Source: the human T2T-CHM13v2.0 reference genome, Homo sapiens
Reading direction: 5' to 3' (one strand)
Assembly (NCBI RefSeq): GCF_009914755.1
Contig: NC_060942.1
Length of the DNA: 64,000 nucleotides
Below the pieces are notes generated by a model. That model was not told the DNA's origin, made no database searches, and was given only the letters and a program-made list of their open reading frames with translations. Each line of letters starts with the position of its first letter. Position 1 is the first letter of the stretch. Made by a program: the position numbers and the translations under genes. This document shows positions 16,667-29,872 of this stretch, in pieces.

Positions 16667-17705
16667 ATGAGAAGGAACCAGAAGACCAACTCTGGTAATA
16701 TGACAAAACAAGGTTCTTTAACACCTCCAAAAAAATCACACTAGCTCACCAGCAATGGACTCAAACCAAGAAGAAATCCCTGATTTACCTGAGAAAGAAT
16801 TCAGGAGGTTAGTTATTTAGCTAATCAGGGAGGCACCAGAGAAAGGCGAAGCCCAATGCAAGGAAATTAAAAAAAAAAAAAATGATACAAGTGAAGGGAG
16901 AAATGTTCAAGGAAATAGATGGCATAAATTAAAAAAAATCAAAACTTCAGGAAACAATGGACACACTTATAGAAATGCAAAATACTCTGGAAAGTCTCAT
17001 CAACAGAACTGAACAAGTGGGAGAAAGAAATTCAGAGCTCAAAGACAAGGTCTTCAAATTAACCCAATCCAACAAAGACAAAGAAAAAAAGAATATGAAA
17101 ATATAAACAAAGCCTCTAAGAAGTCTGGGATTATGTTAAATGACCAAACCTAAGAATAATCAGTGTTCCTGAGGAAGAAAAGAAATCTGACATTTTGGAA
17201 AACATATTTGGGGGAATAATCAAGGAAAAGTTCCCCAGCCTTGCTAGAGACCTAGACATCCAAATACAAAAAGCACAAAGAACACCTGGAAATTCATCAC
17301 AAAAATATCATTGCCTAGGCAAATTGTCACCAGGTTATCTAAAGTTAAGACAAAGGAAAAAGTCTTAAGGAAAGAATCTTAAGAGCTGTGAGACAAAAGC
17401 ACCAGGTAACCTATAAAGGGAAACCTAACAAATTAACAGCAGATTTCTCAGCAGAAACCGTAGAAGCTAGAAGGGATTGGGGCCCTATCTTCAGCTTCCT
17501 CAAATGAAACAATTATCAGCTAAGAATTTTGTATCTAGTGAAACTAAGCTTCATATATGAAGGAAAGACACAGTCTTTTTCAGACAAACACAGGCTGAGA
17601 GAATTTTCCACTACCAAGCCTCCACTACAAGAGCTACTAAAAGGAGCTGTAAATCTTGAAAAACATCCTGGAAACACATCAAAACAGGTCCTCTTTAAAG
17701 CATAA
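16667..17705 (+). pseudogene. Disrupted L1 ORF1
   Basis: atgagaaggaacc start; ctgggattatgttaaatgaccaaacc (WDYVK motif broken by a stop); many frameshifts. Confidence 0.85.
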
Positions 17706-17792
17706 ATCTCACATGACCTATAAAACAAAAATAAAATTTAAAAAACAACTACAAAAAAAATAAAAAACCAAGGTATACAGGCAACAAATATC

Positions 17793-20700
17793 ATGATCAA
17801 TGGAATGGTACCTCACATCTCAATACTAACATTGAATGTAAATGGCCTAAATGCTCCACTTAAAAGATACAGAATTGCAGAATGGATGAGAATTCACCAA
17901 CCAACTATCTGCTGCCTTCAAGAGACTCACCTAACACATAAGGACTCGTGCAAACTTAAGGTAAAGTGGTAGAAAGAGACATTTCAGGCAAATGGATGCC
18001 AAAAGCAAGCAGCAGTAGCTATTCTTATATCAGACAAAACAAACTTTAAAAAGACAAAGAGGGACATTATATAATGATAAAAGACCTTGTACAACAGGAA
18101 ATATCACAATCCTAATTATATATGCACCTAACACTGGAGCTCTCAAATTTATAAAACAATTACTAATAGACCTAAGAAATGAGATAGACAGCAACACAAT
18201 AATAGTGGGGGACTTCAATACTCCACTGACAGCACTAGACAGGTCATCAAGACAGAAAGTCAACAAAGAAACAATGGATTTAAACTATAACCTGGAACAA
18301 AGGGACTTAACAGAGATATACAGAACATTCCATCCAACAACCACAGAATATACATTCTATTTAACTGCACATGAAACTTTTTCCAAGATAGACCATATGA
18401 TAGGCCACAAAATGAGCCTCAATAAATTTAAGAAAATTGAAAATAAACCAAGCACTCTCTCAGACTACAGTGGAATAAAACCGGGAATCAACCCAAAAGG
18501 AACCTTCAAAACCACGCAAATACATGGAAATTAAATAACCTGCTTCTGAATGATCACTGGGTCAGAAACAAAATCAAGGTGGAAATTAAACAATTTTTTG
18601 AACTGAACAACAATAGTGACACAGTGACACAAGCTATCAAAACCTCTGGGACACAGCAAAGGCGGTGTTAAGAGGAAAGTTCATGGCCCTAACCACTTAT
18701 ATCAAAAGGTCTGAAAGAGCAAAAATAGACAATCTAAGGTCACACCTCAAGGAACTACAGAAACAAGAATAAACCAAACCCAAACCCAGCAGAAGAAAGG
18801 AAATAACCAAGATCAGAGCAGAACTAAATGAAATTGAAAAAAAATACAAAAGATAAATGAAACAAAAAGCTTGTTCTTTGAAAAGATAAATAAAATTGAT
18901 AGACCATTAGCAAGATTAACCCAGAAAAGAGAAAATCCAAATAAGCTCAATAAGAAATGAAGCAGGAGATATTACAACAGACACCACAGAAATATGAAAG
19001 ATCATTCAAGGCTACTATGAACACCTTTATGCACATAAACTGGAAAACCTAGAAGAGATGGGTAAATTCCTGGAAAAATACAACCCTTCTAGCTTAAATC
19101 AGGAAGAATTACATACCCCGAACAGACCAACTTGAAACTGTAATTAAAAACGTACCAACAAAAAAAAGTCCAGGATCAGAAGATTCACAGGAGAATTCTA
19201 CCAGACATTCAAAGAGGAATTGGTACCAATCCTTTTGACACTATTCCACAAGATAGAGAAAGAAGGAACCCTCCTTAAATCATTCCATGAAGCCAGTATC
19301 ACCCTAATACCAAAACCAGGAAAGGACATAAGCACAAAAGAAAACTACAGACCAATATCTCTGATGAACATAGATGCTAACATCCTTAACAAAATACTAG
19401 CTAACCAAATCCAACAACGTATCAAAAAGATAATCCACCATGATCAAATGGGTTTCATACCAGAGATGCAGGGATGGTTTAACATACACAAGTCAATAAA
19501 TGTGAGACACCACTTAAACAGGATTAAAAATAAAAATCACATGATCATCTTGATGCAGAAAAAGCATTTGACAAAATCCAGCATCACTTTATGATTAAAG
19601 CTTTCAGCAAAATTGGCATACAAGGGTAATACCTCAATATAATAAAAGCCATGTATGACAAACTCATAGGCAACACAACACTGAATGGGGAAAAGTTGAA
19701 AGCTTTCCCTCTGAGAACTGGAATGAGACAAGGATGGCCACTCTCACCACTCCTCTTCAACATAGTACTGGAAGTCCTAGCCAGAGCAATCAGACAAGAG
19801 AAAGAAATAAAGGGCATCCAAATCAGTAAAGAGGAAGTCAAACTGTCACAGTTTCGTGATAATATGATCATTTACCTAGAAAACCCTAAAGACTCTTCTA
19901 AAAAGCTCCTAAAATGGATAAAAGAATTCAGCAAAGTTTCCGAATACAAAATTAATGTACACAAATCAGTAGCTCTGCTATATGCCAACAGCGATTATGC
20001 TGAGAATCAAATAAAGAAATCAACCTTTTTTACAATAGCTGCAAAAAACAAAACAAAACAAAACAAACTTAGGAATATACCTAACCAAGGTGGAAGGCCT
20101 CTAGAAGGAAAACTACAAAACACTGCTGAAAAAAACCATAGATGACACAAACAAATGGAAACACATCCCATGCTCATAGATGGGTAGAATCGATATTGTG
20201 AAAATGACCACATTGCCAAAAGCAAGCTATAAATTCAATGTAATCTCTATCAAAATACCACCATCACTCTTCACAGGATTGGAAAAAAAATCCTAAAATT
20301 CATATGGAACCCCAAAAGAGCTCTCATAGCCAAAGCAAGACTGAACAAAAAGAACAAATCTAGAGGCATCACATTACCTGATTTCAAACTATAAGGCCAT
20401 AGTCACCAAAACAGCATGGTACTAGTATAAAAATAGGAACATAGACAAATGGAACAGAGCAGAGAACCCAGAAATAAACCCTAATACTTAAGCCAACTGG
20501 TCTTTGACAAAGCAACAAAAACATAAAGTGGGGAAAGACACACTTTTCAACAAATGGTGCTGGAATAATTGGCTAGCCACATGTAGGAGAATGAAATTGG
20601 ATCCTCATCTCTCACCTTTTACAAAAATTAACTCAAGGTGGATTAAGGACTTAAATCTAATACCTGAAACTATAAAAATTCTAGAAGATAATATTGGAAA

Positions 20701-21690
20701 AACCCTTCTAGACATTGACCAAGAATCCAAAAGCAAATTCAATAAAAGCAAAGATACATAGCTGGGACCTAATTAAATTAAAAAGCTTTTGCATGGCAAA
20801 AGGAACAGTCAGCACAGTAAACAGACAACCCACAGAGTGGGAAAAATCTTTGCAATCTCTACATCCGACAAAGGACTAATATCCAGAATCTACAATGAAC
20901 TCAAACAAATCAACAAGAAAAAAAGAAACGATCCCATCAAAAAGTGGGCTAAGGGCATGAATAGACAATTCTCGAAAGAAGATATACAAATGGCCAACAA
21001 ACATATGAAAAAATGCTCAACATCACTAATGATCAGGGAAATGCAAATCAATACCACAAAGCAATACCACCTTACTCTTGCAAGAATGGCCATAATAAAA
21101 AATAAAAAAATAGATTTTGGAATGGATGCGCTGAACAGGGAACACTTCTACGCTGCGGTGGGAATGTAAACTAGTCCAACCACTATGGAAAACAGTTTGG
21201 AGATTCCTTAAAGAACTAAAAGTAGAACTACCGTTTGATCCAGCAATCCCACTACTGGGTATGTGTCCAGTGGAAAAGAAGTCATTATATGAAAAAGATA
21301 CTTGCACATGCATGTTTATAGCAGCACAATTCACAATTGCAAAATCATGGAACCAACCCAGATGCCCATCAATGAACGAGTGGATAAAGGAACTGTAGTG
21401 TGTATGTGTATATATATATATACACATACATATATGTAGATTCCATCATATATGGGAACAAAAGTTTCCATCATATATGTATATATATACACACACATAT
21501 ATTTATATATAGATTCCATCATATATATATGTGTGTGTATATGTATACATATATGATGGAATACTACTCAGCATTATAAAGGAATGAGTTAATGGCATTT
21601 GCAGTGACCTGGATGTGATTGGAAACTATTATTCTAAGTGAAGTAACTCAGGAGTGGAAAACCAAACATCATATGTTCCCATTCATAAGT
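17793..21690 (+). pseudogene. Disrupted L1 ORF2
   Basis: GDFNTPLTALDRS and FSKIDH (EN); [12 protein letters not shown] and [26 protein letters not shown] (RT); catalytic FADD decayed to FRDN; many stops. Confidence 0.93.
21397..21554. repeat. Complex (TA)/(TG)/(CA) microsatellite inside L1PB1
   Basis: Expansion between aactgtag and gatggaatactactcagc; contains inverted copies of the flank. Confidence 0.9.
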
Positions 21691-22445
21691 GGCAGCTAAG
21701 TTATGAGGATGCGGGCCTAAGAATGACACAATGGACTTTGGGGACTCGGGGAAAGGGTGGGAAGGGGGTGAGGGATAAAAGACTACAAACAGGGCGCAGT
21801 GTGTACTGCCTGGGTGATGGGTGCACCAAAATTTCACAAATCACCACTAAAGAATTTACCCATGTGACTAAACACTACCTGTTCCCCAATAACCTATGGA
21901 AATAAAAAACATTGGAATGTAATGCTTGAATTTAGGATTCCCTGTTCTAACATTTCATAGTTTGGCTTTCAGTATTTTGTCTACAGGGGTAGGAGCTGAG
22001 GGAGCAAGCAGTTTTGATTTGTAGCTTGTTTTCCTTTTGGGGCTGAAAGAATAATGGGAGCCCTGTGGATCCCACCGGGAGGAAGTGGGAGGGTTTCAGA
22101 ATTCACGCAGGAGAAGGATGGGATGCAGCAATGCAGGGAAAGAGGAATGAGGTCTGAGCTGTATTTTCCGATTTGAGAAAGAAAGAAACAGGGAGCTGCT
22201 TCTCTCATTTAACTCTTAAGTTTGCTGTGGCTAAGTGCCTTTTGTTTAGAGGAAACACTGCTATTGTTTAGTAAAAGCATAACAAATGTGCGTATAGAAA
22301 GTGATTGAGAGTGGAATAATTGTTTTTTGGTTTTTACTTTTAAGGTGGGTAGGCAAGGCTGTGAAAAACATCTTCAGAGGAGGAGAATATATAATGAATT
22401 TCTAGAATGAAGGAAGAATTGAAAGAGATTTTAGCGACTATTTGG

Positions 22446-22594
22446 CCTCAACTCAAATTAGAATGCTTTGGGGAGCTTTTAAAAAACCCCAGCTGAGATT
22501 TCTGATCTAATCCACCTAGGGTGGGGCCTGGATGCTGGTGTTGTTAAAAAGTTCCCCAGGTGATTCTAAAGTGTAGCCGATTTGAGAACTACTG
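22446..22594. mobile_element. MER5A/B (hAT-Charlie MITE)
   Basis: ttagaat...ggggagctttt...ctagggtggggcctgg...ttccccaggtgattctaa...ttgagaactactg. Confidence 0.8.
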
Positions 22595-22842
22595 ATGCAG
22601 TTCAAACTTTTGGCACCTAACTTTTGCTGATACTTTTAAGGTTTGGATGCAGGAAGATGAAGTGACACTTGATGCATGTTTCTTGGCTATTCTGGGCACA
22701 ATTAAGGTTGAAGCACAAACTCAGAAGTGTTCATCACAAATTACCACCCGAGAGGAACCTCTCCATGAGTATTCTGTGCTCGGAGGAATTCTTTCTATAA
22801 GTGGCTTGCTTTTCTGATGTAAACAAGCAGAAACGATTTGGA

Positions 22843-23381
22843 TTTTTTTTTATTTTTTACTTTAAATACTGGAATACATATGCAGAATGTGCAGGTTTGT
22901 TACATGGGTATACATGTGCCATGGTGGTTTGCTCACCTATCAACCCATCATCTAGGTTTTAAGCCCTGCATGTATTAGGTATTTGTCCTAATGCTCTCCC
23001 TCCCCTTGCCCCCCAACCCCCCGACAGGCCCCAGTGTGTGTTTCCCTCCCTGTGTCTATGTGTTTTCATTGTTCAACTCCCACTTATGAGTGAGAACATG
23101 CGGTGTTTGGTTTTCTGTTCCTGTGTTAGCTTGCTGAGAATGATGGCTTCCAGCTTCGTCCATGTCTCTGCAAAGGACATGAACTCATTCTTTTATATGG
23201 CTGCATGGTATTCCGTGGTGTATACATGCCACATTTTCTTTATACAGTCTATCTTGATGGGCATTTGGGTTGGTTCCAAGTCTTTGCTATTGTAAATAGT
23301 GCTGCAATAAACATACATGTGCATGTGTCTTTATAGTAGAATGATTTATAATCCTTTGGGTATATACCCAGTAATGGGATT
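22843..23381 (-). mobile_element. 5'-truncated L1PA8-like 3' end
   Basis: poly-T, then ...catcatctaggttttaagccctgcatgtattaggtatttgtcctaatgctctcc. Confidence 0.9.
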
Positions 23382-24014
23382 TAGAACTTTTTTCTGTGTG
23401 AATTGGAGTGATCATATATAGACTCCATGGGGGTGGATTATACAGAATCTAATAATAGTTGAAGAGGTCTGTGTTCTTGCATGTGTATGAGTTGCTGTCT
23501 GTGGTGGTGTTATGTGCAATATTGTGGGGTTAGATAAAAGCAGCCCTCTATGGAGGGGACAGTTGATATCTATTGAATACCTGCTTTGAGAGCATTTAGC
23601 ACGTACAAAAACTTTTCTGCAGTCAGTCACGTGGATCATTTGAGAGTCCTAGTGATCTACTCTGTTCAGGATAGCAAGGTGATATTTAACAAACATGCTT
23701 TTAAGTGTTTGCATTTGAATCCCCAAATCAGTTGTAAATATATATTATGAACTGAGCTGGCTTGACGTTTATTTATGTGAACAAGATTTGAGTTGACCAC
23801 AGCTAATTGAACCCAAAGGTATAGTGATCCCTCTAGTCTATCCCTCACCAAATAGGAATGCGTGGGAGCTAGAAATAATGTCATATGAAGAACAGTAATA
23901 AAAATGGAATGGCTCCGAAGGGCTTCGTTGCCATATGAGAATTATCCTGTGTTTTCCCAGAAAGCCAAAATACATGAGTAAGTACCAGAGTGAAGCTAAT
24001 TTTGACTCTGCGGT

Positions 24015-24160
24015 AATTATAGCTAACATTTATTGATACTTGCTATGTGCCAACCCTGTGCTAAACATTCTAGGTAGTTTATTCCCTTAAATTTTAACAA
24101 TAACCCTATTTAACTAAATATAGTTTATAGATAAGTTAGGAGACTGAGGCTTTAAGAGGT
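24015..24160 (-). mobile_element. MIR
   Basis: atagctaacatttattga...ctatgtgcca...aacaataaccctat...gagactgaggct. Confidence 0.75.
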
Positions 24161-24163
24161 ACC

Positions 24164-24370
24164 GGGATTTTGGAGTTAGGACATTTGGTTTAATTCCCAG
24201 CTTTCTCCCCTCCTGGCATTCTGTACTTGAACAATTTATACATTTTCAGGTTTCTGTACTCTCATTTATAAAATAGAGATACAAATTTCTACCCTTCACC
24301 ATTATTGTGGATATTAGAGAGAATTCATATAAAGCATTTGCCATTCAATAAATAGTTACCATTATTATTC
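24164..24370 (+). mobile_element. MIR
   Basis: ttttggagttaggac...ttcccagct...ctcatttataaaatagagat...tataaagcatt...caataaatagtta. Confidence 0.75.
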
Positions 24371-25059
24371 AACCTAATTTGGCACGACCTGTACTGTATG
24401 GTCAGGGACGACCATCACAGGCCTGATTGTTATGATTTAGTGGAGGCTGAGTAAGGAAGAAGGAATCTGACTTTTAATTAGGCTTCTGGCTAAAGTGAGT
24501 CACGTGTGAGGTTTTACTAGGTTTTCATCATATCCCTAAATGAATAGTAAGGGTCATTTTTGATTGGCGGAACTGATTAAAAAATCAATCTAGTTACTTT
24601 GAAAGATGGCCTTATTTTCATCAAGGAGAGGGTATACTTACTATCTGTAACTAGGAGGTTTGTCCTCTCAGAAAAGGAGCCTGTTAGTCTACAGATTTCA
24701 CACTTTAAAACTGCTCTTTGAGTCAGGAAGTTGTTTAAAAATGCATATTATTTTGGCCACTTTAAGAACAATGGAAATTTAATGTGTCCCTTAGGCTAGA
24801 TTCTAAAACTCTCATGACTTCTTTAAAATCTTCTGTGCACAGACAGGGGCCAGGACTCCTACTTTCTAGTTGTAAATGAGGAGCTTCCTGATTATCCCAG
24901 TGGAAAGAGGTTGCTTAAAGGATAATTGTACAGTTTATACCACTGTATTTATCTTTTAAAATGAATTTTTAATAATAAGCGCAGATACATTAGATAACTT
25001 TTCTTGCACACCATATACCTATATAAAATAACAGAAAAATTGCTGGCATTTCTGCCAAG

Positions 25060-26065
25060 GTTGATGGATTTCATGTACATGTATATGTCATGTAATTATC
25101 AAATGAGGGTAATCAGCATATCTATCACCTCAAACATTTATTATTTCTTTGTGGTGAGAACATTCAAAATCCTCTCTTCCAGCTATATAGAAACATTCAA
25201 AACATTATTGTTAACTATAGTCATGGTGCAATGGGACACCAGAACTTATTCTATCTAGCTGTAGCTTTGTATCCATTGACCAGTCAATCTCTCCCCATTT
25301 CCCCCTTCTTTCTACCTTTCCCAATCTGTGGTATCCACTGTTCTGTTTCTGTAAGATCATTTTTTTGTTAGATTCTACATATGACTGAAATCCTGCAGTA
25401 TTTGTCTGTGCCTAGCTTATTTCACTTAACATACTGTTTTCCAGGTTCATCCATATTGTTGTGAATGAGAGGATTTTATTCTTTTTTTATGGCTGATTAG
25501 TATTCCATTGTGTATATACATATGCTGTTTTCTTTATTCATCTGTTGATGAACAGTTATGCTGATTTTATTTATTGGCTATTGTGAATAGTGGTACAATA
25601 AACATGGGAGTGCAGATGTCTCTTCAACATACTGATATCATTTCCTTTAGATATATACCCAGTAGTGAGATTGGTGGATCATATGATATTTCAATTTTTA
25701 ACTTTTTGAGAAACCTCTATACTGTTTTCCATATTGGTTGTACTAATTTTATTCTCACCGACAATGTGTAAGGGTTCCCTTTTCTCCACATGCTTGCCAA
25801 CACTTGTTATCTTTTGTCTTTTTGATAATAGCCATTCTAACTAGAGAAAGATCATATCTCATTGTGGTTTTGATTTGCATTTCCCTAATGATTAGTGATG
25901 TTGAGCATTTTTTCATATACCAGGTTGGCCATCTGTATGTCTTTTTTTTTTTTTTTTTTGAGAAATATTTATTAAGGTCTTTTGCTCATTTTAAAAGTTG
26001 GATTATTATTATTATTTTTCTGCTATTGAGTTTTTTGAGTTCCTTATGTATTCTGGATATTAATT
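25060..26065 (-). mobile_element. L1MA4/5-like 3' region
   Basis: gggtaatcagcatatctatcacctcaaacatttattatttctttgtggtgagaacattcaaaatcctctcttccagcta...ctcattgtggttttgatttgcatttccc. Confidence 0.85.
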
Positions 26066-29000
26066 CAAGGGATATATTTCTTTTGAAGAAATTATTTTTC
26101 TATAGAGTATTTCTGACTCTTCAGGTAAAAATCAATTGAGAAGTTTTTAAATAAAAGAAAGCAATTTTATTGAGTTTTCAAAAAAGAGATTAAAATGCTC
26201 AACTCGCTTGCTTTAAAAAAACCAGATATTAGCTAAAGCTTTATTAACACAAATAAATATATAAATAATTACATTTAATATTCTGGTGAAATAGGAAACA
26301 AAAAAGAAAATTGAGTGGAGGAGAAGGAATAGCAAAATGGAGACAGCAGCAGAAGATAGAGAGAGGTGGACGAGAGAAAACCCTCAAGATAAAGAGACCA
26401 GGGCACAGAAAGGGAAGAAGAGGCAAAGAGACAAATACATGAGGAAACATGGCAGGCTTGGAGGTGGGTGTGTGCATGACTCAGTAACTGTTGAGCTCTG
26501 TCATGAGTAAGCATTTTTGTCTGGGGAACAATCACTATAGCTGGAATAATTAAACTTTATTTCAGGGAGAGGAGGTGCTGAATACCTCCAGACCTGTAAT
26601 TTAGGGCATGAGTATCCAAGCTAGCACCATTGATGAATTTATGTCATTAAAAAGACAAAAAATAAACTCAGTCCTAAAGCCTGGCCTATACCCCATGGAT
26701 GGTCCCATTGGAGTTGGAAAGAGTGTTACCTGAACAAAGTGAGGGTTCCACTAGAACGAAAAAAGCAAGCAGTGGACACTGGTGGGCAATTCACAGTGTT
26801 CACTACAAATAACTACAATGGGCAGAGGGCTGGGTCTGACACCAGAGGAAAAGAGAAACACGATTTCTTCTATAAGTTTGGAGAGAGAGACAAGTAAATA
26901 CCTAAGCACAGTAAAATGTCATCAATGTCAAACAGAAGTGCAAACCAAGAGCAGCGCTTTTTTGGGCGGGGGGTGGGGCTTGGAGGGGTAGGGGAGTTAG
27001 TTTTCCTGGTTGTCTTGCAGAGTCCTTTTCCGTGACTTATACTCCTTGCTGCTCAGTGACCCTAAGGGAGGAGACCAGTGAGATGACCATGGTGAGGGTA
27101 TTTAACCTTCCTTGTCTTGGATGCTTCCTCCCTTGGAGGGCTGTCCCGCACAGACACTCCTCTGTTCCTTACTCCTTTCTTCCCCTTTTTATTTTCTCTT
27201 TAACTTATTCCCTGTAGGTGTTCTCGGTGCCCTTTTGTTGTCCTGATTCTATCTTGGGATGTTTCATGAATTTCTCTTCCATCCTCTCATGTATATGAAT
27301 CTCAATCCACATATTCTCTTCATTAATTTTGTTGATTTCTCTGCTTCCATTGTCTGATGGATGCCAGGCTTCTTCTTCCCCTCTGCTCTATTGGCATTGC
27401 TGAGCAAAGAGGTGAGGAGGATCCTGTAAATGGGTCAGCGTTGAGGGCAGGAGGGAAATCATAAGGGATTTTTACTTGGTTTGGCAGCTGCTTCCTCCCA
27501 GAGCCTGATTATTGATACCTCTTCATCAGATATTTGATATTTTCTTCCACATTTAAACAAGAAATTCATATTTCAATATTGATTATTAATATTTTCATAT
27601 TAATTAAAATATTTGAAACATTTCTTCCTAATATTTCTCAGGAATGACCTGGCTTTATGATGTTAAGGCAGCATTTACCTGCCTTTCTTCTCTGGCTTAT
27701 AATATAAAGTACCTGCCCATCAGCTCTTCATGAATGCATCACACCCAAATTACTTTTCTCCAATGCCTAGGCTTAGTGCATGACCAGTGACAGAAGGGTA
27801 AGAGTGGGAACTAGAAAGAATGACCTGCTATGTGGTGATATAGGAATTCCTAGGAAGGAGGAAGCATCTGGACTGGCCTTTAAAAAATGAGATATGTAGT
27901 TAACAAAAAAGTGTGGGGATGAGGAGTTCTGGGCATGAGGGAACAGTTGCATCTGAAACATGGAGGCATAAAAGTGTGTATTCTGTGCAGGAAAAGTTAC
28001 CCTTGAAAGACTGAAATGCATTTTTACAAGTTGGTGATTGTATCCTTAAATCTTTTCTTCTTTATCCTGGTATAAAATACTTCCTTGTGAAAATATTTTT
28101 AACTAAGTCTAGTAGGGCAGGGATCTCCCAATCTTATTTTTAATTATTGACTTGATTCTGTAGTTACGAGCAACAGATGAAATTGGGTTTAATTACATTA
28201 GTTCTTTCAGTTTAAAAATAAAGGCAAGTGATGACACCATGTCATGAATCAGCACCTCAGAGTGGAGATGAGGGTTGCTGGGTGGGCGAACAAAATAATT
28301 TTTGCTGGGGAGAATTATGGCTAATAAAGGATATTTGGTTTTAATTATGTATTAATTCTTCATGTGCCAAATTAAAGTTCCAGGCTGAGAAATTAATTTC
28401 ATATCCTGGTGATTTCCCCAAATATCCATCATTATATGGTAATTCTCTTAAAGCCTGGCAATATAAAACTACAAGTCATCCTAATTCCATGTATTAAAAT
28501 CTGACTGTTTCCTTGCTATCTTTTATTGCTTCGCATCCTTTTCTCTTGCCTATCTAATATTTTACTGCTAAATGAAAGGAAAGGAACTAATAGATACCTT
28601 GCCTTTACATTTCATGGAAAGATCAATTAAAATGCCTGTGGAAAATTTGTTACAACCCTTAGTTAGGTTTGGAGACAGATACAGATCTGTTCCTGTGTCC
28701 TGTCTTTTAATGATAATAGAATATTTGAAAGAAATGTATCTAAAAGAAAAGGGGAACTGCCTTAGCTCAGCATAGTTCCTTGGTTCCATGTTTTGTGCCT
28801 GCAGCATCTCACTGGGGAAAGAGATGCCAAAAATGATGTGAAGCCTGTGGGTGCTTGTGGTCAATCAAAGACCAGCCAGTATTGCCTTAATGTTTTCTGA
28901 GATCTTCAAAGGAACTTTTTTCAAATTATAACAGGCAACATTACTTATTCCCTTGACTTTCTTGAAAAGATGTGTTTATATCCTAGCTTTACGTTAAAGG

Positions 29001-29872
29001 TCTAAGTCATCAAATATTATAGTTGGAAGAAATATTAGACATCATTTAGTCCAGATCATGTGACAAGCTTGGTGAGTTGGAGGGAAATTCAGATTTTATT
29101 TTGCATAATGAATTTAGAAAAAAAAACTCAATAGAAGTCAGGAAATAGAATCGTAGGTGTAATAATAATAATGCCGTCAGTGTAAAGCACAGCGCTTCTC
29201 CGGAGAGACTTTGATCTGAAAAGGCCAAAAAGAACAGTGAGAAGACCTGGAGCCAGAGGAAGTCTAAAATCACTAAAGTTTTTCAATTAAATTTCAGTTT
29301 TAATTTAGTTCATAGCCTTAGGGTTGTCAGGTTAGGTAGCTGATGTCCTAATATGGACGGCTCCAAGGGATGACTGGGAGAAAATGGCGACCACAGTAAA
29401 TGCCGCTAGGGAAAAAATGAGTCTTCAGAAATATTTTTCTTTCCTATTAATCCATTTCACTACTGAAATTCAAGAATGTTCAATTTTTATCATTAAAAAG
29501 ATAGCCATATTCACTTGTGCCTTATTAATTGCATTTGTTCACTTCCCCCCAAATTGGCTGTAAAACAAATTTCAGGTTATGAAATTATTTTCACCACGAT
29601 TGGCACATTGGGAGGGCAATATTATCTCTGGGAAATTGTTTGGCCTCAATATTCAATGCAAAACAAAGCAAAAACTCTAAACATAAAATATTCTATTGCC
29701 TTTTGGAATCATGGACTACATTGAACTAAAATCATATAAAATGTTAATGACCTCAAGTCTCCAAATATGCTGCCAGAAATTTTATTCTTTTGGGACTAAA
29801 TTTATTGAAGGAAATGTACCTCCAAATGACCCTGCCTGGATTCAGTCTTAGTGACAGAACAGTATGAAGGGA

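Larger units (their letters stand above)
15258..21910 (+). mobile_element. Full-length decayed LINE-1, L1PB1-like (L1PBa-type 5'UTR)
   Basis: 5' atcatgg..gggaggcaggactagattgcag...gagaggacccacagaccc; ORF1 and ORF2 remnants; 3'UTR gggtgcaccaaaatttcacaaatcaccactaaagaa...aacctatggaaataaaaa. Confidence 0.95.
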
